Source: a virus (taxonomy: Duplodnaviria; Caudoviricetes). From it: a stretch of 31,234 nucleotides of DNA. Location: positions 1 through 31,234 of IMG/VR virus record IMGVR_UViG_3300037467_000590. The stretch is one strand, 5' to 3'. Numbering within the stretch: the first letter of the stretch is position 1; every line of letters begins with the position of its first letter. Positions 1 through 9,052 of this stretch are shown piece after piece. The translations under genes and the position numbers were made by a program. The notes under the pieces are model-generated. The model was not told the DNA's origin. It made no database searches and saw only the letters and a list, made by a program, of their open reading frames with translations.

Positions 1-349
1 ACAGAAGATTTGCGCCGTCATTGGTGAGGAACTTGCCCGTCTCAAGCGCGGGAATCGACGTTCCGGTTCCACCCGGGATCTGCACATCGTCGCGGTCCCA
101 CACCAGCGTCCCATCGGCTGCATAGAGGCGCACGCGGTAGTCGCCGTCACCCCAGATATCATCGGCGGCGCGACCATCGGAGCCAACCGCGATGGAGGCG
201 CCGTTGTTGACGGTCAAACCCTCGTCGCCGTAGACGTTCTTTGGGGTCGTCGTGCCGGTCTCGTAGAACTTCAGGCTGCCGCCCGCAGCGAGCCGGCCTT
301 GCAAGTCGAAAAAGACCGGGGATTGGTCTAAGATACGGAAGGCTGTCAT
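1..349 (-). CDS. Tailspike/tail fibre, N-terminal particle-binding domain (partial, runs off window)
   Basis: Not in the ORF track. Read manually from ATG at 349 with GGAG RBS: MTAFRILDQSPVFFDLQGRLAAGGSLKFYETGTTTPKNVYGDEGLTVNNG...IWGDGDYRVRLYAADGTLVWDRDDV. This resembles podovirus tailspike head-binding domains and follows the ejection genes. Confidence 0.8.
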   Translation of the reverse strand, partial: MTAFRILDQSPVFFDLQGRLAAGGSLKFYETGTTTPKNVYGDEGLTVNNGASIAVGSDGRAADDIWGDGDYRVRLYAADGTLVWDRDDVQIPGGTGTSIPALETGKFLTNDGANLL

Positions 350-369
350 TGGAACTCCAAGGAACGGCA

Positions 370-606
370 TTGAACTCGCCCACGCTCATAGCCATCACCC
401 TTGCGCCCGCTATTCGCTGGGCGTTTGGGAAATGCGTGGCGTTGGCGGATCGAGTTGTTGCGGGATGGCTGCTGATTCACCTTCCCAACGGAAGGCTCAA
501 ATCAACGCTGCTTTTCAGCACGAGCAATCGCTGGGACCAGGACGGGCGCGGGCCTGGCGATTCGGGCGACGCCACCAAGAAGCTTCGAGCTGGCGCCGGG
601 GAGTAG
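370..606 (+). CDS. Small antisense hydrophobic protein (78 aa)
   Basis: TTG start at 370 with AAGGA RBS upstream. Hydrophobic N-half (PTLIAITLAPAIRWAFGKCVALADRVVAGWLLIHLPNGRLKSTLLF). Overlaps the 3' end of the convergent ejection gene. Confidence 0.45.
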   Translation: MNSPTLIAITLAPAIRWAFGKCVALADRVVAGWLLIHLPNGRLKSTLLFSTSNRWDQDGRGPGDSGDATKKLRAGAGE

Positions 607-2220
607 CCTTGCAGCGGCTTGCGAGTTGAGCGCCCTGCCAAGAGTCGCCCCCGTGGCGGTCAAGCCGGCGAGCTGGCCTATGCCTGCCGGGTGCAACGCA
701 CCGCCTAGACCAAGTGCGCTATAGACCAGGCTTCGCGCGGCTGTACCTGAATCCGGGATCGGGTCTTTGAGTACGTTTTGCCCTGCCTGCGCAAGCGCTC
801 GCATTTCCGGCGTAGCGCCGTATTTGCTATTGACAAGCGACCATAGCTGAGCGGGATTAACGTTGTCGTCAGCACCGGATACACGGGTCAGCGCCTTCTT
901 GAGTATCTGAAGGTTGCTGTACTTGCCGTTGAGAGCCTGAAGCGCAGCGGCATCATCCGGGCCAAAGGACTTGGCCGCCACGTCCTGCATGGCCTTGCGC
1001 ACCTGGCTGACCAAGTGCCCGGCCGGCTGCTGCGCCTCAAGCTTGAGCAGCTCGGCGCGGATGTTCTGATACAGGCGGCCCGGGATCGATCCATCATTGT
1101 CGGCAGCGGCGTTGATGTACTTGCCGATCTGGTTCTGCACCACCTTGGCATTTTCAGGCGTGAGATCCGCTGCCGCCTGTTTTGCCAGTCCGACGAGTCG
1201 GCTTACATCCGGCGGTTCGATGGTAACGCTGTTTCGGGCGAACAGGTCGTCATACTGCTTGCTGATGGCATCCGAAGCTTTCTGCATGACCTCGGGCGTC
1301 AGCTTCGGGGCGTCCTGGTCGATGGTTCGCGCCAGTGCGCGGTTAAATCCCTGCTGCTGGGCATCCTTGGCCGCGCCCGAGCCAGAGAACGGCAGGTAGC
1401 TCGCTGCCGAGGCTAGCGTCTTGGCGAACTTGGAGTCGGTCAACTGGGAGAAGTGCAGCGGCACGCCAGCATCGCGAAGCACTTGGATGCCCCTTTGCGT
1501 CGCATCCGATAGCGCTGGCCTGATCGCTTGCGCGGCCCTGCTTATGCTCGAAGCAATGCCATGCCCCACCGCTCCGGCTGCCGCGCCTTGCACAACATTA
1601 GCAAGGCGCGACTCCCCATCTACTACTGGCTGAGCTGCGGCGTAAATGCCACCCGAGAGCGCCGAACGCGCTAGCGCGCCTGCCTTTCCTGCGATGCCAA
1701 GATCGCCAACAGGGGCTGCCGCTAGAGCGACTTGTCCGGCGATATTGCCAGCCATACCGGCGCCCGTATGCATGAGCGGCGCGTCGCGCTGGTTCGCGTC
1801 TGCCTGCTCTTGCCTCAACTGCTCGGCCTGGGCGGCGGCTCCCGGGTTTACTGCCTGCTGGAGGCCAAAAGGATCGAGGGCGGCCTGACCTAGCTGACGT
1901 AAGCCGCGCCCGGTGTCTACGAACGCCTTGCCCATGCCCGCGCGAACCTTGTCCAGCGTGGACATGCCATCCGTCGGATCGTCCATGCGTGACGCCGTAA
2001 CCGTCATGGTCGGCATGCTTTGCGCCTGCGCCGACTGGTTCTGGCCGCCATACTGCGCATCGAACTGCGCCTTGGCCGCTTGCACCTGTGCCGGGTCGCC
2101 GATCTGAGGCGCGACAACCTGGGAGAAATACTGCTCACGCGCCGCGGCTTGCTGATCGGCAGGAAGAGCTTGGTACTCCGGGCTAGCGGCAACGTCCTTC
2201 CACGGCTTCGGCATGGTCAA
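502..2220 (-). CDS. DNA ejection/transfer protein, P22 gp16/Sf6 gp13-like
   Basis: N-terminus KPWKDVAASPEYQALPADQQAAAREQYFSQVVAP matches the WKDVIASPQYQAL-type start of P22-like ejection proteins. Ala/Gly-rich, third gene of the ejection trio. Confidence 0.8.
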   Translation of the reverse strand: MTMPKPWKDVAASPEYQALPADQQAAAREQYFSQVVAPQIGDPAQVQAAKAQFDAQYGGQNQSAQAQSMPTMTVTASRMDDPTDGMSTLDKVRAGMGKAFVDTGRGLRQLGQAALDPFGLQQAVNPGAAAQAEQLRQEQADANQRDAPLMHTGAGMAGNIAGQVALAAAPVGDLGIAGKAGALARSALSGGIYAAAQPVVDGESRLANVVQGAAAGAVGHGIASSISRAAQAIRPALSDATQRGIQVLRDAGVPLHFSQLTDSKFAKTLASAASYLPFSGSGAAKDAQQQGFNRALARTIDQDAPKLTPEVMQKASDAISKQYDDLFARNSVTIEPPDVSRLVGLAKQAAADLTPENAKVVQNQIGKYINAAADNDGSIPGRLYQNIRAELLKLEAQQPAGHLVSQVRKAMQDVAAKSFGPDDAAALQALNGKYSNLQILKKALTRVSGADDNVNPAQLWSLVNSKYGATPEMRALAQAGQNVLKDPIPDSGTAARSLVYSALGLGGALHPAGIGQLAGLTATGATLGRALNSQAAARLLPGASSKLLGGVARIARPAPVLVPAIARAEKQR

Positions 2221-3605
2221 TTGCCCCAGAGGTGGGAGAAGTCTTGGGAGGCTGGCTGCGCGGGAGGCTGCGTAGGTCCGGCGACGGGCGGCGCCGCGTC
2301 GTCATGCATCTGCTGCATGGCGGAGAGGATCTTGCCGCGCTGTGCATGGACGGCTGCCTGCTGCCCTTGGATGTCCTGATTCAGAACATCCACGACCGCA
2401 CGAAGCGATTTATCCGACAACTCCTTCTTGATGAGTTGCTTCGCTTCCTCGGCCGTGCTGATCGGCGTACCTCCGGCGCCCGTGGCGCCCGACATGATGC
2501 GGGCATAGTCAACAGACATGGTGGTGATGGCTGCATCCAATGCGCGGACGTCGGGATCGCCGAGCGCGTCCTTCCCGCCGAGCAGCCATTTGTTGATAAC
2601 GGGCGAGCCTGTCCGGTCCACCTTGGACGAGATATTGAGCGCGGTGTTAGTGTTGTTGACGAAAGCCTGCTCCGACTTCTCCATGACATCGGAGGTCTTT
2701 TGCAGGTTGGTGAGCGACGCCTGTAGGGCGCGGTTTCGACCTGGTACTGTCTGAAGCTCGGCAGGAGAGATGCCGGCGTCCTTCGCGATCTTCGCGGCGT
2801 GGTTCATGATGGCGGTGCGCTGAGCCACGCCCTCCTTGCCGCGCCCGATGGGCGGAAGCTTGCCTGATCCGATATAGCCCCAAGCGGCATTGTCGATGGC
2901 GTCGCCGGTTAGGCCCTGCCCCGAGCCGGAAGCATCGGCGGGGCCACCGGGGATAGCCTCAAGGCTGCCGTCCTGCGTAAAACGGTAGCCCGAAGGCGCC
3001 CTACCCATGCCGCCCGCGCTCGACACGGGATGCATCTGACGATAAGTGGACATGAGCCCAGGGTCAGACTGAAGCGCCTTGATCGTGGCAATTTCGCCCG
3101 AATCCTTCTGCTCTGCAGGGTTGTCAGCCAGCACCTTGCCGGTCGGGTCCACAAGCTGCGCGCCGCTGGAAAGCTGGATGGGCTTCTTCTCCGGCATGCC
3201 GCCCGTGTTCGCGATGGTCTGATAGACCGCCGGGAGCATGGAGTCATCCCACTGCGGAGGCGCCTGCTTGCCCGTGAGCTGTGACAGGTAGGGCGACACG
3301 GCAGACCAAGCCCCCTGAATGCGTGCCGGGTCCTTGGAATTGACCGCGTCCAGCATGAAGCGAGCGGCTCCGTTGAGCTTCGCGTTGTGATCGACCTGCT
3401 GCGCCTTGGCCTGCTGAGCAAGCTGCCCCTGCATCTGCATGGCCGTACCGGGATCGACGCTGGCAAGCTGTCCTAATGCCGCCTTTTGCTGATCGGGCTG
3501 GGCGGTGAAGGCCTGCCCGGCAAGGCGCGTGGCAAGCTGCTGGCGGCCACGGTCGAAGCCCTGGTCGTACTGCCCCACGATGTTGGGGAACATGAGCTGA
3601 GACAT
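2217..3605 (-). CDS. DNA ejection/transfer protein, P22 gp20-like
   Basis: Middle position in the trio, Gln/Ala-rich, contains APSGYRFTQDGSLEAIPGGPAD, ends in QDFSHLWGN like the FSSLWGD-type ends of gp20-like proteins. Confidence 0.75.
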   Translation of the reverse strand: MSQLMFPNIVGQYDQGFDRGRQQLATRLAGQAFTAQPDQQKAALGQLASVDPGTAMQMQGQLAQQAKAQQVDHNAKLNGAARFMLDAVNSKDPARIQGAWSAVSPYLSQLTGKQAPPQWDDSMLPAVYQTIANTGGMPEKKPIQLSSGAQLVDPTGKVLADNPAEQKDSGEIATIKALQSDPGLMSTYRQMHPVSSAGGMGRAPSGYRFTQDGSLEAIPGGPADASGSGQGLTGDAIDNAAWGYIGSGKLPPIGRGKEGVAQRTAIMNHAAKIAKDAGISPAELQTVPGRNRALQASLTNLQKTSDVMEKSEQAFVNNTNTALNISSKVDRTGSPVINKWLLGGKDALGDPDVRALDAAITTMSVDYARIMSGATGAGGTPISTAEEAKQLIKKELSDKSLRAVVDVLNQDIQGQQAAVHAQRGKILSAMQQMHDDAAPPVAGPTQPPAQPASQDFSHLWGN

Positions 3606-3608
3606 GCG

Positions 3609-4319
3609 TTAGGCCGCCTTCGCAAAGTTGAACGTGCCGCCCGAGAGCGTGCCGGTGTTGTAGCCCTGGTATGGCGCCGCGCCTTGGCCGCCCAGTGTGT
3701 AGGACGTGCCGGTCGTGGGGGCCTGGCTGCCGAAGTACTGACCCGCAAGCCCAGCAAGCTGCCCTGCGGTGTTGCCCCAGGCGTTGGCGCTGTCTATGTA
3801 CCCGTTTGCCTGCGCGTTGCCGGCATTGGTCAGATAGCCGCCGATGGCTGCCGCATTACCCGTGCCGACGCTTCCGAGGTTCGAGGAAGCGCCGTAGCCG
3901 GTCTGCGCGAGGCCGGCCAGCTTGTTGTAGTAACCGTTGTACTGCTGCGAGGCCAAGCCCTGCGCGTAGTTCAGAACGTCAGCACTATGGCCGCCCGAGT
4001 ACAGTGAGCCGCGAGCCGCCGCGCTGCGGTCCAAGCCCTGCAAGCCTTGGCTCAGCGAGAACTGATAGTCGGGCGACTCCTTGAAGCTGGAATAGTCGCC
4101 GCTGTTGAGCTTTTGCATTTGCGCCAGGGCGCTACTACCCGCGTCGATGTAAGGGTTGAGATTGGCAGCCGTGCGCTGGTAGTTCTGTTCGCTCTGCTGG
4201 ATGGCGGCCTGCGCTGCATTTTTCTGCGCATTCGCCGCCTTGTTCGCCGCGTTGCTCTGCATGACGCCGCTGCCGATGACGGCTGCCGCGCCGATGGCGG
4301 CGCCCCAAATCTCTGCCAT
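3609..4319 (-). CDS. DNA ejection/pilot protein, P22 gp7-like
   Basis: ATG at 4319 with GGAG RBS. Hydrophobic N-terminus (WGAAIGAAAVIGSG), AANAQ tract, LNPYIDAG, SPDYQF...RSAAARGSLYSG motifs. Confidence 0.8.
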   Translation of the reverse strand: MAEIWGAAIGAAAVIGSGVMQSNAANKAANAQKNAAQAAIQQSEQNYQRTAANLNPYIDAGSSALAQMQKLNSGDYSSFKESPDYQFSLSQGLQGLDRSAAARGSLYSGGHSADVLNYAQGLASQQYNGYYNKLAGLAQTGYGASSNLGSVGTGNAAAIGGYLTNAGNAQANGYIDSANAWGNTAGQLAGLAGQYFGSQAPTTGTSYTLGGQGAAPYQGYNTGTLSGGTFNFAKAA

Positions 4320-4330
4320 TGCCGCGTCTC

Positions 4331-4939
4331 CTAAACGAACTCGCCCGAGGGGCCGAGCTTGTGGAAGTGGCACACCCAGACCATGCGGCCGTTGTCCGCG
4401 TCTGAGCCAATGCCTTCGAGGGGAAACCGGGAATGAAACAGTGGGGCGGGGAAGATGAGCGCCCGGTTCTTCCGTCCCCGCACATAGTCAAGCTGCGTCC
4501 ACTTGCTCGGATCGCGCGAAACCATGTCGTCTTTCAACTCATCCAAGAGGCCCATCTCCTGCATTTGCAGGAAGCCGGGCATCTCCGTTAGGCCCGTGCG
4601 CTTGTGCCTGAAAAAGGCCGTGCCACTTTCTTCCTCGTGATCGCTCAAGTACACGACGCACGTATGCGATCCCGATTCCCGGTCGGAATGGATATAGGCC
4701 TTTTCCATGCCGACGTTCGTCGCCCGGAAAAACAAGCTGTTCGGCACCACGACGCCACCGATAGCCCGCATGAGTGAGGCCACCATGGGCGCGTGATCGC
4801 CCCAGAAGCTCATGCCCTCATAGATCGAGCTTCCGACCTCCCCTTTGTTGGGCCGCCAAGTGCCAAACCCGGCAGCGAGCGCGGACTGGCGCACCCGGTC
4901 GATATCCGGGGAAAAATCATCAACGACAAGGAAGGTCAT
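4331..4939 (-). CDS. 2OG-Fe(II) dioxygenase (DUF6445-like)
   Basis: VVDDF start, HxD (YIHSD), VVYLS, GTAFF, NRALIF..LFHSR and distal GRMVWVCHF give the HxD...H...R signature. Confidence 0.75.
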   Translation of the reverse strand: MTFLVVDDFSPDIDRVRQSALAAGFGTWRPNKGEVGSSIYEGMSFWGDHAPMVASLMRAIGGVVVPNSLFFRATNVGMEKAYIHSDRESGSHTCVVYLSDHEEESGTAFFRHKRTGLTEMPGFLQMQEMGLLDELKDDMVSRDPSKWTQLDYVRGRKNRALIFPAPLFHSRFPLEGIGSDADNGRMVWVCHFHKLGPSGEFV

Positions 4940-6360
4940 CAGCTTTGGGTCGCTTCAGGGAGGGCGGCGGCGGCGATCAGATCCGCACGCACGGGGTCGG
5001 TCACGCGAATGTCGAACATCCATTGACGGCCCATGCCAAGCCGGCGCAGCTCCAGGCGCTTGAGGAAGTCGCCAGTGGTCCCCATGGGCAACTTGCGCCA
5101 CGCAGACCAGTTGCGGCCGCCGTCCTTGGAATAGCGCACGTCGATGGATGCATCGACGTCGGCCACGTCGCCGGGTAAGCCCGTGTCCACCTCAAGCGCC
5201 ATGCCGTTCAAGATCAGCGCGTTGTGCCCGTCGTGCTGCACGCCCGTAAGGCGACGGCGCTCCATGGGCTGGCCATCTTCCTGCTGGACGTTCCAGTCCA
5301 GCTTGTAGAGCTTGTTCGTCGTGTAATCGCCCGCAATCCACGAGCCATTCCAATAGGTCAGCGTGTTGATGCGCCAGCGATCCAGCCCATAGGAGGAGCG
5401 GCGGTGCCAGTCGCCCGAGGCGGCGTCATAGCCCCACGTCTGACCATCCGGGAAGGTCAGGTAAAAGACCTTGTGCCCGCGATCCTCGAAGGTAAAGGCG
5501 AACGCCTGCGCTAGGTTGCAGCGGGCGATTGCCTGCTCAATGGCGTGGGTGGAAATGCGCTGCGGCGTGTAGCCCTGCGCCCGGTAGACGATGCCGTCGT
5601 TGCCAAGCCAGAACACGCTGTTGTCCATCACGGCAACGGCGTAGGTGGAGGCGAGCCCCACCTCCATGACCGTGCCCTGAGCACGCTGGAATGTGCCCTC
5701 GGTTGCGCCCGTGTTGATAAAAGGCTCGATGGTGCGCTCGCCCATGAGCCACCATTCACGGTGGGTCACTGCCTGACCCACGAGAAGGTCGGGAGAGCCT
5801 TCGGCCTCGTACCGATCCAGGCTGCTGTAGCTGGACGCTGCGGCTAGGTCGGACGTGTAAGCAAAGCGCCGCGCCGGCTCGATACCCAGAATGTAGCCAT
5901 CGACGAAATCAAAGCTGATGGCGCCCGGGAAGGCATCATCCGTGATCTGGCTAAGCGTGCCCGTGGTGGTGTCGTAGATGTAGCCGCCCTGCCCGTTGGC
6001 AATGACGAGCTGGTTACCTCCCGCGATCTGATTGTGGCTCAGGCTGCACCGTTTCACGCCGGGGATCGAACCCAGCGACGTCGCGTTGCCCTTGGTGTCG
6101 ACGGAAAACAGGTACTGCCCCGACACGACGAACAGCCGGCCCTCAACGTTACGAGCGCCGCGGATCGGGCCGCCGACAATCTCGCCCGATCCCATCGTGG
6201 CGAAAGGCACAAGACCCGGGAGTCCGCGAAGGATGGCTGGTGAGCGCGTGCCTTCACGTTCCGCGCGAACGGGGATGTAGTTGACACAATCCTGGTGCGA
6301 CCACGGACGGTTGTCGTCGGCATACGCGCCACCGACGAGGGCCATAGGCTGCCAGCGCAT
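4939..6360 (-). CDS. Tail hub / packaged DNA stabilisation protein, P22 gp10-like
   Basis: 473 aa, beta-rich. AEGSPDLLVG, VFWLGNDGIVY, RISTHAIE, YSKDGGRNWS motifs. Downstream of the gp4-like gene. Confidence 0.85.
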   Translation of the reverse strand: MRWQPMALVGGAYADDNRPWSHQDCVNYIPVRAEREGTRSPAILRGLPGLVPFATMGSGEIVGGPIRGARNVEGRLFVVSGQYLFSVDTKGNATSLGSIPGVKRCSLSHNQIAGGNQLVIANGQGGYIYDTTTGTLSQITDDAFPGAISFDFVDGYILGIEPARRFAYTSDLAAASSYSSLDRYEAEGSPDLLVGQAVTHREWWLMGERTIEPFINTGATEGTFQRAQGTVMEVGLASTYAVAVMDNSVFWLGNDGIVYRAQGYTPQRISTHAIEQAIARCNLAQAFAFTFEDRGHKVFYLTFPDGQTWGYDAASGDWHRRSSYGLDRWRINTLTYWNGSWIAGDYTTNKLYKLDWNVQQEDGQPMERRRLTGVQHDGHNALILNGMALEVDTGLPGDVADVDASIDVRYSKDGGRNWSAWRKLPMGTTGDFLKRLELRRLGMGRQWMFDIRVTDPVRADLIAAAALPEATQS

Positions 6361-6779
6361 CAGCCGATAAATCCGTTGCGCCAGCCGCGATAGCCGAGCC
6401 GCTGGCCCTGCCCAATGGGAAGGTCGGGGTAGTCGATCCGTTCGAAACTGTTGGATGCCACTTGGGCGCGAAGCATGGCCTCGCCATTGCCCGCAATAGC
6501 CGCAACCGTGGGGTCGGGCTGCTTGCCGTACTTCGATGCCAACCGCAGCGCAAGGTGCGCCCCGATGGCCTCATCAGCCTCCGGCGGCGTCGGCATGTCA
6601 TGTTCTGGCGCGGACACGTCCGACCAGCCCATGGAAAGACCTTCAGCCTCCCAGGCGCGCATCAGGCGGTTGAGCGCGCCGATAGCGTCGGCACAGTCGT
6701 TCTCGTCCACCGGGCCGTTTGCATCCGTCACGCGCAGGTGCCCCAGGGCATCGCGCACGATGTCGATAACCTGGGTCAT
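6360..6779 (-). CDS. Head-tail adaptor, P22 gp4-like
   Basis: IVRDALGHL...LNRLMRAWEAEG...HLALRLASKYG...YPDLPIGQG; synteny. Confidence 0.8.
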   Translation of the reverse strand: MTQVIDIVRDALGHLRVTDANGPVDENDCADAIGALNRLMRAWEAEGLSMGWSDVSAPEHDMPTPPEADEAIGAHLALRLASKYGKQPDPTVAAIAGNGEAMLRAQVASNSFERIDYPDLPIGQGQRLGYRGWRNGFIG

Positions 6780-6928
6780 GCCTGCTTGGCCTTGCGCTTG
6801 TCAGGCTTGGGCGCGCTGTGGCGGATGTAGCCCTGCTTGACAGCCTTGGCCTCTTCCTCGGCGTCGTAGACGATCACCCAGTCATCGCCGATTTCGCCGT
6901 CCTTGTAGAGCATGTGCGGGTATTCCAT
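6776..6928 (-). CDS. Small hypothetical protein after coat gene (50 aa)
   Basis: ATG at 6928 with GGAGG RBS (MEYPHMLYKDG...IVYDAEEEAKAVKQGY); ATGA overlap with the gp4-like gene. Confidence 0.7.
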   Translation of the reverse strand: MEYPHMLYKDGEIGDDWVIVYDAEEEAKAVKQGYIRHSAPKPDKRKAKQA

Positions 6929-6938
6929 GCGGCCTCCC

Positions 6939-6971
6939 AAAAAAGATGGGCGCCCCGGAGGACGCCCATCC
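6939..6971 (-). terminator. Rho-independent terminator after coat gene
   Basis: Minus strand GATGGGCGTCC-TCCG-GGGCGCCCATC followed by TTTTTT. Confidence 0.8.
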
Positions 6972-6986
6972 AAGCCACTGCGGTGA

Positions 6987-8186
6987 TTACTCGGTGATGC
7001 GGCAGGCGTGGTCGTTGCGGACCGTGGCATTGCCGTACAGCACATCGATGCGGGTCCGCTCGATGTCGTTCAGGCCGTCACCAAAGGTCATCACGCGCAC
7101 GCTGATGCCCTGCACCGTGGCGGTGTAGCCCTCGCACGAGGCGAGCACCGGCAGCGGGACGAAGGCGGCAGCGAAGGCGTCGCGGTGGAAGGCCAGGTTC
7201 TGGCGCTTGGACTGCGAGGCGGTGCCGAAGATCGTGATGGCCGCGTTGTCGGCCGGAGCCGCGTCCACGGTGCCGACGACGCTCGCCGAGTGCGGCGTGA
7301 TCGCCGGGTAGATCGCCACACTGCCACCGCCGCCCGCGTAGTCCGCGGTGACTACGAACTGGCGCAGATAGCCCAGCGACGCCCCTGTGATCGGGTGGAT
7401 GGCGTTGACGCCAGCGATGGTGAACACCGTGCCGCGCGGCATGGCGCCCGTGCCGGTATCGACCACCAGGGAGCTGCCCGACTGGCCCGCGCCGTTCACG
7501 AGATAGCCCGCCCCGGCACCATTGGCGATGACCGGCAGGGACTGGTTCTCGTAGAAGTCGAAGCCCGCATAACGGCCCACCGCGCCGTCATCGAACGCGC
7601 TCTTGATCTCCTTGGAGTCGTGGAACAGCGTCGCATTCGCCTCGGCCAGGCCCACGTTGGCATCGGACGAGAACAGGATGGTCCGCTGCCCGGTCGGCGC
7701 CAGGAAGTTCTCCAGCTTGGCGCGGGCCTGGGCATACGGAGTGCGGGTGCTCGGCACCGTGCCCCACGTACCCACAACGTTCGGGACCGAGGCGACGAAG
7801 TCGGACAGAAGATCCGCCTGCACGATGGACGCAAGGGACTGCATCGCAGGCTTCAGGATGCGAGCCTTGAAGTCGGTCAGGCTGAGCTTCTTTTCCTTGG
7901 CCGTGAAGGCCACCGGGACGTGCTTCTGCTTGTTGAGCTGCAACCGGACCTTCTGCTCGGTCCAGTCGGGCGCGGAGCCGCCACCAGCGAACTGCGAACC
8001 GTCGTACACGGTCGGCACATTGGGCACGCCGATATCGACAAAATCGCCCTTCTGGTAGCCCTGCACGTTCTGGCCGAACTCGTCCGAGCGGCCGGTGTTG
8101 ATGTTCTTGATGAGGTTGGCATCTTCCACCAGCATGGCCGCCGCTTCACGGGCGATCATCTGATGGGTAAGCAAGGTATTGCTCAT
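6987..8186 (-). CDS. Major capsid protein, P22 gp5-like
   Basis: MSNTLLTHQMIAREAA start, G..AGFDFYENQSLP, FTIAGVNAIHPIT, NLAFHRDAF, TRIDVLYG. Confidence 0.9.
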   Translation of the reverse strand: MSNTLLTHQMIAREAAAMLVEDANLIKNINTGRSDEFGQNVQGYQKGDFVDIGVPNVPTVYDGSQFAGGGSAPDWTEQKVRLQLNKQKHVPVAFTAKEKKLSLTDFKARILKPAMQSLASIVQADLLSDFVASVPNVVGTWGTVPSTRTPYAQARAKLENFLAPTGQRTILFSSDANVGLAEANATLFHDSKEIKSAFDDGAVGRYAGFDFYENQSLPVIANGAGAGYLVNGAGQSGSSLVVDTGTGAMPRGTVFTIAGVNAIHPITGASLGYLRQFVVTADYAGGGGSVAIYPAITPHSASVVGTVDAAPADNAAITIFGTASQSKRQNLAFHRDAFAAAFVPLPVLASCEGYTATVQGISVRVMTFGDGLNDIERTRIDVLYGNATVRNDHACRITE

Positions 8187-8204
8187 GGGAATGGTTTCCT
8201 TGGG

Positions 8205-9005
8205 TTAGCCCTGCTTGCGGCGGCGCTTGAACCACTCGTCATCGGTCAGCTTCTCGGGCGGGGTTTCCGCCGGAGCGCGAGTCGAAACGGTGGGCACAGG
8301 CGCGGGCGCCTTGGTCACGGGCTTGGGGGTCGGTTGGGCTTGCGGCGCTTGATGCGCGGCCGTCAGACGCGAGGCGATGCGCTGAACCGCAGCGGCGGCC
8401 AGGTGCGGTTGCACGGCGGCCAACTGGAAGGCGGCATCGTCATCAGAGCCAAGGAAATAAGCGATCTGCGGCCCTAGCTCATGGGCCATGATCGCGGCCT
8501 CGATGGCCGGCGAAAGCGGGTAAGCAATCGAGTTGACGACTTCCGGGAAGTCCGGATGGTCACCAACGAAATCCGCAACCTTCTCGTTGTAGGTCGCGGC
8601 GGTTTCCGCGTCACGTCGGGCCTGATCGGCCTTGCTTTGCTGTTCCTGGTGTTGCTTCAGGACGTACTCGGTATGCGCCCGATTGAACGCCCCGATGTCG
8701 AAATTGAAATCCTCGATCTTTGGCTCGGATTCACTTGGTGCGGGCGCCTTCGTCCTGGCCTCGAACTCGGCCATGCGCTGGCGCAGCTCCGCGTTCTCGC
8801 GGTTGATGCGGTTGATGTACTCGCGCGTGCGGTTCTTCTTACGCTGCTGTTCTTCATCGGCCTTCTTGGCGGCTTCGGCCTGGGCCGCCTCTGCGGCTTG
8901 TGCTTCAGGCGTGGCGCCTTCGGTCGGCTCAGCAGCCGGCGTGTCAGTCACTTCAGCAGGCGCAGCCGCGCCCGCACCCTCAACAAGGGTGGTTTCGTCA
9001 CTCAT
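8205..9005 (-). CDS. Scaffolding protein
   Basis: Acidic/Ala N-terminus, coiled coil, PDFPEVV, GPQIAYFLG, VTKAPAPV, basic C-terminus; between portal and coat. Confidence 0.85.
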   Translation of the reverse strand: MSDETTLVEGAGAAAPAEVTDTPAAEPTEGATPEAQAAEAAQAEAAKKADEEQQRKKNRTREYINRINRENAELRQRMAEFEARTKAPAPSESEPKIEDFNFDIGAFNRAHTEYVLKQHQEQQSKADQARRDAETAATYNEKVADFVGDHPDFPEVVNSIAYPLSPAIEAAIMAHELGPQIAYFLGSDDDAAFQLAAVQPHLAAAAVQRIASRLTAAHQAPQAQPTPKPVTKAPAPVPTVSTRAPAETPPEKLTDDEWFKRRRKQG

Positions 9006-9052
9006 GGGGCTTCATCCTTTCGGGTGTCGGCAAGGCGGCCGATGCGCTTGGG

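Noticed and set aside
7008-8477. 489-aa plus-strand ORF and similar long antisense ORFs (9098-10168, 18936-20210, 24533-25684)
   Set aside because: Shadows of well-supported genes on the opposite strand, caused by GC-rich codon bias or the tandem repeat; no motifs.
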